DNA from: a virus
Lineage: Duplodnaviria > Caudoviricetes
IMG/VR virus record: IMGVR_UViG_3300025751_000136
Span: 1-24,964 of that record
Length of the DNA stretch: 24,964 nt
Strand: one strand, 5' to 3'
Positions 18,073 through 24,964 of the stretch are shown here, in pieces (the first letter of the stretch is position 1; each line of letters begins with the position of its first letter). The notes below the pieces were generated by a model. The model did no database searches and was not told the origin of the DNA. It saw only the letters and a list, made by a program, of their open reading frames with translations. The translations under genes and the position numbers were made by a program.

Positions 18073-18667
18073 TTTAGGTTTAAGCACAATGTTAGATAAC
18101 ATTCAAAATAACCATTACAACTTATCAGGCAACGAATTAGCACACTCAAAAGACTTTATTAAAACATTAACAGAAATAGGCATTGAAAAAGAACAAACAC
18201 TAAGGCAAATAGAAAAAAACAGACTAAAGGAATGTGCAGATTATGAACATTTTAGATATAATGTCACTGCATTATTAAATGCACATTCTAAAGAACTACA
18301 AAGAATACAAAGATTAAAAAATATCAAACCTCACAAATACAAAGGAAGGAGAAGAGGAGTGAAACAGCATAGCGAAACAGCAAAAGCAAAAATGAGTGCA
18401 AAACATAAAGCAAATTGGGCAAATCCAGAATGGAGAGCAAAAAGAATTAAAGGAATGATAGAAAATAAAATAGGCTTTTATAGTAAAGAACATGCAGAAG
18501 AAAGTGCAAAAAGATTAAAGTCAAAATGGGATGATCCAACTTGGAGAGCAATGATGACAAAAAAGCAGTCAGAAGGTGCTAAAAACAAATGGGCAGACCC
18601 AGAAAAAAGAGAAGCAGCACTAGCACAAATAAAAGCAGGAATAGACAGGAAAAAAAATGAAAAGTAA
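18026..18667 (+). CDS. NUMOD3-like basic DNA-binding protein
   Basis: KQHSETAKAKMS motif and three W-x-[ND]-P-x-x-R repeats; no HNH or GIY-YIG motif seen. Confidence 0.55.
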   Translation: MGKVTGYRQMILDVHNLGLSTMLDNIQNNHYNLSGNELAHSKDFIKTLTEIGIEKEQTLRQIEKNRLKECADYEHFRYNVTALLNAHSKELQRIQRLKNIKPHKYKGRRRGVKQHSETAKAKMSAKHKANWANPEWRAKRIKGMIENKIGFYSKEHAEESAKRLKSKWDDPTWRAMMTKKQSEGAKNKWADPEKREAALAQIKAGIDRKKNEK

Positions 18668-18839
18668 TATAGAAAGATTTAGAGCAACACATAATATTCA
18701 CATTGATTCAGAACTTGGACCAATAACAATATTAGAATTAAAAGCAAAAGATCAATTTAACTTAGAGAATTACTTAACAGCTATGGAGGAAAAAGTTAAA
18801 AAACTACAGATCGAAAAATTACCCAAAAAGAGCCCTTAA
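18657..18839 (+). CDS. Hypothetical 60-aa protein
   Basis: AGGA RBS; overlaps the upstream gene. Confidence 0.65.
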   Translation: MKSNIERFRATHNIHIDSELGPITILELKAKDQFNLENYLTAMEEKVKKLQIEKLPKKSP

Positions 18840-18854
18840 AAGGCTCTTTTTTTT
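18825..18854 (+). terminator. Intrinsic terminator
   Basis: AAAAAGAGCC-CTTAAAA-GGCTC then T8. Confidence 0.8.
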
Positions 18855-18861
18855 AATTATT

Positions 18862-18898
18862 AATAAATACAATGTAACAGAAAGAAGGAGCAGTTACA
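18862..18898 (+). promoter_or_regulatory. Promoter/leader cassette, copy 1
   Basis: AATAAATACAATGTAACAgAAAGAAGGAGcAGTTACA, 35/37 identical to 19571-19607. Confidence 0.8.
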
Positions 18899-19309
18899 AT
18901 GGAAAACATTATCATAGCAACAACATTAGCAACAACACTAGCAACAACAGCAATATTCACACTAGGTGCAAATTCAGCAAATGCAATGGACTTCAACACT
19001 GAAATGCAAATGAAAGAAGTAGTAGGGCAATATGCTAAATTTCTATATCTTGCACATGCTTGTGATATCGAAGACAAGTATGTATTAACAGATGCAGTAT
19101 TTGAAGCTGTATATAATGCATTTGGTCAAGACATATATGATTACAATAAAATTGATGCAGAGTTTAATATGCCTAAATATAATTATGACTTCATGACACA
19201 AATTGATTATGTTAAAAACAATATAGATAATCCAGCTGTAGAAAATATTTGTAATAATACAAAAGAAAATGCAGCTAAAGTATTAGACAAATTAAAGGAG
19301 GAAGAATAA
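18899..19309 (+). CDS. Putative exported protein
   Basis: Signal-peptide-like N-terminus ending ANSANA; two Cys in the mature part. Confidence 0.65.
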   Translation: MENIIIATTLATTLATTAIFTLGANSANAMDFNTEMQMKEVVGQYAKFLYLAHACDIEDKYVLTDAVFEAVYNAFGQDIYDYNKIDAEFNMPKYNYDFMTQIDYVKNNIDNPAVENICNNTKENAAKVLDKLKEEE

Positions 19310-19524
19310 TGCACCCAGACTTTATAAGAACACAAAATATTAAAAGAGCAGTTTCATACTTACTACATGGTGAAGAATATGTTGAAACAAAAATTGAATT
19401 TGATCTTGATATATGGGACATGGAACTAGCAAGAGATATAACAGAATTGTTAGAAGAACTTTACAGAGAACATATTGATATAATGCATGACTATGTGGAT
19501 GATTGGTCAAAAAAGAAAATATAA
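19309..19524 (+). CDS. Hypothetical acidic 71-aa protein
   Basis: GGAGG RBS, TAATG coupling. Confidence 0.7.
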   Translation: MHPDFIRTQNIKRAVSYLLHGEEYVETKIEFDLDIWDMELARDITELLEELYREHIDIMHDYVDDWSKKKI

Positions 19525-19570
19525 AAACCACCCAAAAAACAGCCCTTTTTAGGACTTTTTTACACTTTTA

Positions 19571-19607
19571 AATAAATACAATGTAACAAAAAGAAGGAGT
19601 AGTTACA
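19571..19607 (+). promoter_or_regulatory. Promoter/leader cassette, copy 2
   Basis: AATAAATACAATGTAACAaAAAGAAGGAGtAGTTACA. Confidence 0.8.
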
Positions 19608-19608
19608 A

Positions 19609-20109
19609 ATGAGAATTACAGCAAAATTAAGAACACTTAATACACCACAAACAAACAGAAACGGTACAGCTAAAAAGAATCAGTGGGGACACGATCTTTA
19701 TACAAAGTATGTACAGTGTTCAGATATGAAACAAATCCAGTTAAAAGAACATATGAGACAAGAGCTTTGGAAGATTAAGAAAGCGATTGAAGATCTTGGT
19801 GATGATTTCTTTATGGCAGCTACTGGTATTGACTTAAATGAAAAGACTCAGATAAATGATGAACCAATCAAATACTCTTATAAAGAAAGGATGGAAATGG
19901 TTTATGCAAGAAGTTTAGAAACAACAAAACAACCTACAATGGGTATTATTGATATGTTCAATGAATGTATCAAAAAAGTTTATAAAGGATTAGGAGCAGA
20001 CATTACAGAAATAGCAGAAAGATGTATTGTAATTGATGATCCTGATGTAGCAGCAGCAAGACATGCTGTTTTCACGAAGTTCTTTGAATATGGAAAGGAC
20101 TTATACTAA
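19609..20109 (+). CDS. Hypothetical protein
   Basis: Strong RBS, 166 aa, no recognised motif. Confidence 0.75.
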   Translation: MRITAKLRTLNTPQTNRNGTAKKNQWGHDLYTKYVQCSDMKQIQLKEHMRQELWKIKKAIEDLGDDFFMAATGIDLNEKTQINDEPIKYSYKERMEMVYARSLETTKQPTMGIIDMFNECIKKVYKGLGADITEIAERCIVIDDPDVAAARHAVFTKFFEYGKDLY

Positions 20110-20336
20110 TGGTTGAGCATGCAATTAAAAACAATCACACACCCAACCAAACGGATAGCCAAACACCAGAACTATCTGAACTATTTAGCGATAACAAAAA
20201 GGAGTTAGAAATGCAAAATAAAATAATGGAAGGCCTACAATTATTTACAACTGGAATGACTTTAGTATTCTCAATAGGTATTATTGGAGCTGCACTTACA
20301 TTAGTTGCAAACCAATATATCATTCCGATAATATAA
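20109..20336 (+). CDS. Small single-TM protein (alternative start 20211)
   Basis: TAATG coupling at 20109, AAGGAG before ATG 20211, hydrophobic C-terminus. Confidence 0.6.
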   Translation: MVEHAIKNNHTPNQTDSQTPELSELFSDNKKELEMQNKIMEGLQLFTTGMTLVFSIGIIGAALTLVANQYIIPII

Positions 20337-20370
20337 ATAACAACACACAGGGGAGTCTAAGGGCTAGAAG

Positions 20371-20403
20371 AAAGGACTGTTTGGAGAGAGGCAGTCCTTT
20401 TTT
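20371..20403 (+). terminator. Intrinsic terminator
   Basis: AAAGGACTGTTT...AGGCAGTCC then T6. Confidence 0.8.
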
Positions 20404-20405
20404 CA

Positions 20406-20421
20406 TGACTAAATAGTGTTG
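20406..20421 (+). promoter_or_regulatory. Late-type promoter TGACTAAATAGTGTTG
   Basis: 16-bp exact match to 7163-7178; both follow a hairpin and precede a tail operon. Confidence 0.75.
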
Positions 20422-20448
20422 AATTCAATATTTTCCAGGAGAATACAA

Positions 20449-20778
20449 ATGGCACAGTATGCTACACTTAATATAGAAGTTGTTAAAGGTGCAACCTTTA
20501 GTTGGACACTAACACTGAAAGATGAAAATGGGGATGCAATTGACTTGTCTACAGTTAGTAGCTTTACAGGTGGCATTCGTAAAAGAAAACAAGACACAGA
20601 TACATTAATCAACTTTAGCTTTAGCACATTAGATGCTGCTGCTGGTAAAACAACATGGTTGATAACAGATGAAAACACTGATACACTACCATATGGTACT
20701 CACTTCTATGAAGTGTTCATGAACTTTACAGACGGTACAGTTCAAAAAGTATTTCAAGGCGAAGCAAAGGTAATATAA
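20449..20778 (+). CDS. BppU-N-like / tail fibre attachment protein
   Basis: LNIEVVKGATFSWTLTLKDENGDAIDLS pattern; AGGAG RBS before ATG 20449; precedes the fibre gene. Confidence 0.65.
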   Translation: MAQYATLNIEVVKGATFSWTLTLKDENGDAIDLSTVSSFTGGIRKRKQDTDTLINFSFSTLDAAAGKTTWLITDENTDTLPYGTHFYEVFMNFTDGTVQKVFQGEAKVI

Positions 20779-20779
20779 C

Positions 20780-23700
20780 ATGACAACAGTAAACACAGTA
20801 GACATAAACCGATATAATGTTACTGTAGACCCTACAGCACAAGACATAACTGTACAGCTTAATACTGGTGCAGTTGTAACTACCTTTATTAGTGCTACAG
20901 CTCCTGCTGCTGCAACTAATGGTGCACTATGGTACAATACTACAGATAGCCAATTATACATTAGACAAAATGATGCTTGGGGTGAAACAGTAACAACAGC
21001 AACAATTGAAGCTGCTGGTGCAGTAATGGAAACTGATACAAGCACTGCTGCTATGCAATTTGTTGTTGATGAAGATAACATGGCAAGTGACTCAGCTACT
21101 AAAGTTCCTACACAGCAAAGTGTTAAAGCATATGTAGATGCAGAAGTACCAGCAGATACAGATGACCTAAGTGAAGGATTAACTAATCTTTACTACACTG
21201 ATGCAAGAGCTAATAGTGCAATAGACACTAGAGTTACTAAATCCTTTGTTGATTTACTTAATGTTGATGCTGATACACTTGATGGTAATGACTCAACTGC
21301 ATTTGCTACTGCTGCACAAGGTACTTTAGCAGACAGTGCTTTACAAAGTTCAGACATTGGTGTAAGCATACAAGGCTATACTTCAGTATTACAAAATACA
21401 ACTGCTAGTTACACAACAGCAGAAGAAACTAAGTTAGCTGGTATAGAAACAGGAGCAACTGCTGATCAAACAGGAGCAGAAATAAAGAGTCTATATGAAG
21501 CTGAACTTAATACTAATGCATTCACTGATGCAGAAAAGACCAAGTTAGCTGGTATAGAAACTGGAGCAGATGTAACAGATACAGCAAATGTAACTGCTGC
21601 TGGTGCTGTAATGGATTCAGAACTAACAGATGAAACTGCTGTTAAAGCAATAAACCAAGGATTAGCAACTACTGATTCTCCAAGCTTTGTTGCAGTAACA
21701 ACTGATGTAACCGGTACGGTAAGCAGCATTGCTAACCATGATACTGGTGATTTAGCAGAAGGTAGTAACTTATATTACACAGATGCTAGAGCAAGAAGTG
21801 CTATTAGCTTAACCAGTTCAAACACAAATGAACTAAGCTATAATAGTACAACAGGTGAGTTCCAATATACTTCACCAAGTACTTTAAGTGAAACTACAGC
21901 AGTAACACTAGAAGTTAGAAACACAACTGGTAGCACAATTAGCAAAGGTACTCCTGTATACATTTCAGGACACAGTGGATCAAAAGTATTAATTGCTCCT
22001 GCTGATGCTGATGATGCAACAAAAATGCCAAGCATTGGTTTAGCTACAAGTAATATTAATAACAACTCAGATGGTACTGTAACTTCATTTGGTACACTAG
22101 TAGGTGTAAACACAAGTGCATACTCAGAAGGTGATACACTATATGTTAATACTACAGTAGGCACACTAACTAACAGTCCTCCAACTGGTGAAACATCACT
22201 ATTACAAAACATAGGTAAAGTTGCTAGATCAGATGCTAGTGTTGGACAAATCATTGTAAGTGGTCCTGGCAGAAGTGCTGCTACTCCAAACTTAGACAGT
22301 GGTAAGTTCTTCCTAGGTAATGGTAGTAACCAAAGTGCAAGTGCTACATTTAGTATAGAAGTTGCTAATGTTGTAGACAAAGCATTTGTAGATGCCCTTA
22401 ATATAGATGCTGACACATTAGACGGCAATGACTCTACAGCATTTGCAACAGCAGCACAAGGTACAAAAGCTGACAGTGCCCTACAATCAAGTGACATTGG
22501 TGTAAGCATACAAGGTTACACAACTGTACTACAAAACACAACAGCTTCTTATACAACTGCTGAAGAAACAAAACTAGCAGGTATTGAAGCAAGTGCAGAT
22601 GTAACAGATACAGCAAATGTAACTGCTGCTGGTGCACTTATGGATAGTGAGTTAACTGATATTACTGCTGTTAAAGCAATAGATCAAGGTTTAGCTACTA
22701 CAGACAATGTTAACTTTAACAACTTGATATTAGCTGGCAATTTAACAGTCAACGGCACAACTACAACAATAGATACTGAAACTATAAAGTTGGCCGACAA
22801 CATTATTACACTCAACTCAAATGAAACAGGCACTCCATCACAAAATGCAGGTATTGAAGTAGAAAGAGGAACAAGCACAAATGTAAGCTTAAGATGGAAT
22901 GAAACTTCAGATGTTTGGGAAACAACAAATGATGGTACTAACTACTACAGACTGTTAACAACTAATGATGAAGGATCTGGATCTGGATTAGATGCTGATA
23001 CAGTAGACGGCATAGAAGCTTCAAGTTTCTTAAGGAGTGATGCTGCTGATACTAAAACCAGCGGTGACTTAAATTTCTCAGATAATGTAAAAGCAGTCTT
23101 TGGTACTGGTAGTGACTTACAGATTTATCATGATGGGTCGAACAGTTTTATCCAAGACTCTGGAACGGGCGATCTTATTGTCCGAGCCAGTAATTACCTA
23201 TACCTACAAAGCTACACAGGTGCGGAAAATTACTTGACCGCAGGCACTAATGGTGCTGTCACTCTATACTACGATAATAGTGCTAAGATTGCCACGACCA
23301 GCACTGGTATTGATGTAACTGGAACCATCACAGCAGACGGCCTGAGTCTCGGCGATAACGAGAAGATCCTGCTTGGTACAGATAATGACTTTGAGATCGT
23401 ACATAATGGAGTTAACACCCAAATTAATAATTTTACCGGCACCTTGCAGATTATTCAGAGGGCGGATGACCAAGATGCAATCATCTATACTGATGACGGC
23501 AGCGGCGGTATTGTTGAATATGTAAGAGCAGATGGTTCTACCGGGGAAACAATTCTTTCTCATTACGGCTCTCCGAAGATTGCCACTAAGTCAACTGGTG
23601 TAGATGTAACTGGCACTGTCACTACTGATGGGCTGACTAACTCTGGTTCGTCAACTCTGGCTGGAAACATTTTCTTTGACAGCACTGCTGGGGCATTTCG

Positions 23701-24964
23701 TTTTAGGACAGCTGCTGGCATTGAGAAAATGACACTTCGTCTCGACGGCGACGACCTTAAACTTGAAAATGGAGCGGGGTTTGAACGAGTAAGGTTTAAG
23801 TACGGCGGCAGAGTAGGCATCGGCACGAGTAATCCAGCCACAGCACTCGATGTAACTGGTACCATCACAGCAGATGGCCTGACCCTTGGTGACAACGAGC
23901 AGATCCTGCTTGGTGCAAGTAACGACCTTCAAATTTATCATGATGGTAACAATAGCAATATCGCAGAGGTTGGTACGGGCGACCTAAACATTAATGCCCA
24001 AAACTTAAACCTTGCTGATGGTAGCCCTAACTTTAATTATTACTTTCGGGGCATCGCTGGAGGGGAGGTCCGGCTTTACCACAACGGCAATGAAAAGCTA
24101 AACACGACCAGCACTGGTGTTGAAGTTACTGGCACTGTTACAGTTGGTCTCAATGATGCTTTTCAAATTGCAAGTTCCGGCACAAGTCTAGCTCGTACTA
24201 ACTCGGGCAATGACCTGACACTGCAACATTGGGGCAACCTGTCGTTTTTGATTGATAACGATGCGAACGACATTACCCGCAGTCTGCTTATTGGCAAAAA
24301 CTCGACCGACCGCTACACAGCAGAAGCCATCGCTCTATTCCAGGAAAGCGGCGACATCAGCTTCTACGAAGACACCGGCACGACAGCCAAGTTCTTCTGG
24401 GATGCAAGTGCAGAGAGCTTAGGCATCGGCACGACCAATCCAGCCACAGCACTCGATGTAACTGGTACCATCACAGCAGACGGTCTAAACCTCGGCGATA
24501 ACGAATACATTAGGGTTGGGACATCTGGTTATGACATTAGCTTGCACAACGATGGATTCAATAATTATTTTATTGCCAGACGGGGCGACCTTTACATTCA
24601 TTCGCAAGGAGACGATAGGGATGTTGTTATCCGTTCTGATGATGGTGCAGGTGGAGTAGCAGACTACTTTAGGGCAGATGGTGTCACGGGCGAGGTCTTC
24701 CTCTACCACTACGGCTCACAAAAGTTCAATACAACTAGCACGGGTGTTGAAGTTACCGGAAATATTAGTGTAACAGGAACAGTAGACGGTAGAGATGTAG
24801 CAACTGATGGTACTAAGTTAGATGGTATAGAAGCATTAGCTGATGTAACTGATGCTGCTAATGTAGAACCTCTAGTTGATAGTCACCTTAACCAAAGCAC
24901 AGCAGGTACTGACGAAGTGCTAGCATGGAACGGTACTGATTACGAATGGATCCCAGATCCAAGA
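20780..24964 (+). CDS. Long mosaic tail fibre (3'-partial, at least 1395 codons)
   Basis: ATG 20780 (MTTVNTVDIN...) and the last codons (...WNGTDYEWIPDPR) share a frame; absence from the track fits an ORF with no stop. Fibre repeats DLxEGxNLYYTDARA, DADTLDG, TKLAGIE, DLQIYHDG. Confidence 0.88.
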   Translation, partial: MTTVNTVDINRYNVTVDPTAQDITVQLNTGAVVTTFISATAPAAATNGALWYNTTDSQLYIRQNDAWGETVTTATIEAAGAVMETDTSTAAMQFVVDEDNMASDSATKVPTQQSVKAYVDAEVPADTDDLSEGLTNLYYTDARANSAIDTRVTKSFVDLLNVDADTLDGNDSTAFATAAQGTLADSALQSSDIGVSIQGYTSVLQNTTASYTTAEETKLAGIETGATADQTGAEIKSLYEAELNTNAFTDAEKTKLAGIETGADVTDTANVTAAGAVMDSELTDETAVKAINQGLATTDSPSFVAVTTDVTGTVSSIANHDTGDLAEGSNLYYTDARARSAISLTSSNTNELSYNSTTGEFQYTSPSTLSETTAVTLEVRNTTGSTISKGTPVYISGHSGSKVLIAPADADDATKMPSIGLATSNINNNSDGTVTSFGTLVGVNTSAYSEGDTLYVNTTVGTLTNSPPTGETSLLQNIGKVARSDASVGQIIVSGPGRSAATPNLDSGKFFLGNGSNQSASATFSIEVANVVDKAFVDALNIDADTLDGNDSTAFATAAQGTKADSALQSSDIGVSIQGYTTVLQNTTASYTTAEETKLAGIEASADVTDTANVTAAGALMDSELTDITAVKAIDQGLATTDNVNFNNLILAGNLTVNGTTTTIDTETIKLADNIITLNSNETGTPSQNAGIEVERGTSTNVSLRWNETSDVWETTNDGTNYYRLLTTNDEGSGSGLDADTVDGIEASSFLRSDAADTKTSGDLNFSDNVKAVFGTGSDLQIYHDGSNSFIQDSGTGDLIVRASNYLYLQSYTGAENYLTAGTNGAVTLYYDNSAKIATTSTGIDVTGTITADGLSLGDNEKILLGTDNDFEIVHNGVNTQINNFTGTLQIIQRADDQDAIIYTDDGSGGIVEYVRADGSTGETILSHYGSPKIATKSTGVDVTGTVTTDGLTNSGSSTLAGNIFFDSTAGAFRFRTAAGIEKMTLRLDGDDLKLENGAGFERVRFKYGGRVGIGTSNPATALDVTGTITADGLTLGDNEQILLGASNDLQIYHDGNNSNIAEVGTGDLNINAQNLNLADGSPNFNYYFRGIAGGEVRLYHNGNEKLNTTSTGVEVTGTVTVGLNDAFQIASSGTSLARTNSGNDLTLQHWGNLSFLIDNDANDITRSLLIGKNSTDRYTAEAIALFQESGDISFYEDTGTTAKFFWDASAESLGIGTTNPATALDVTGTITADGLNLGDNEYIRVGTSGYDISLHNDGFNNYFIARRGDLYIHSQGDDRDVVIRSDDGAGGVADYFRADGVTGEVFLYHYGSQKFNTTSTGVEVTGNISVTGTVDGRDVATDGTKLDGIEALADVTDAANVEPLVDSHLNQSTAGTDEVLAWNGTDYEWIPDPR

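Noticed and set aside
684-20415. TAAATA as an archaeal TATA box
   Set aside because: A start site about 25 nt downstream would cut into or remove the AAGGAG leaders and the sRNA stems; the spacing fits a -10-type element better. Not formally excluded.
21245-24483. Diversity-generating retroelement TR/VR pair
   Set aside because: Both copies of each repeat are coding, differences are not adenine-specific, and no reverse transcriptase is present.
1330-24709. Minus-strand ORFs in the track
   Set aside because: Nearly all lie opposite well-supported plus-strand genes, lack an RBS and read as antisense shadows.
1-24964. Alternative genetic code, tRNAs, introns or inteins
   Set aside because: Genes tile densely under code 11 at expected lengths; I saw no cloverleaf or splicing motifs.

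Overview
An AT-rich, all-plus-strand stretch that looks like most of a small (~25 kb) siphovirus-type phage genome. It starts and ends inside tail-fibre-like genes. It holds a complete morphogenesis module (TerS, TerL, portal, scaffold, major capsid, neck, tail tube, chaperone with -1 frameshift, tape measure, tail tip; 721-14589), a regulatory region (14950-15865), a putative replication gene with a 21-bp-phased iteron array, a block of small unknown genes in repeated promoter/leader cassettes (16886-20336), and a >1395-codon mosaic tail fibre missing from the ORF track. I recognise no polymerase, primase, helicase, integrase, repressor, sigma factor or endolysin. Two things stand out. (1) Nearly every transcription unit is preceded by TAAATA/TAAGTA, the core of the T4-type gp55 late promoter, although no gp55 is encoded here, which suggests a self-packaging satellite that depends on a T4-like helper phage. 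(2) Several ORF-less promoter-hairpin-terminator units look like small RNAs, and two carry loops complementary to the ribosome-binding leaders of the phage's own non-structural genes. All calls were made by eye, without database searches, and genes outside the window cannot be excluded.
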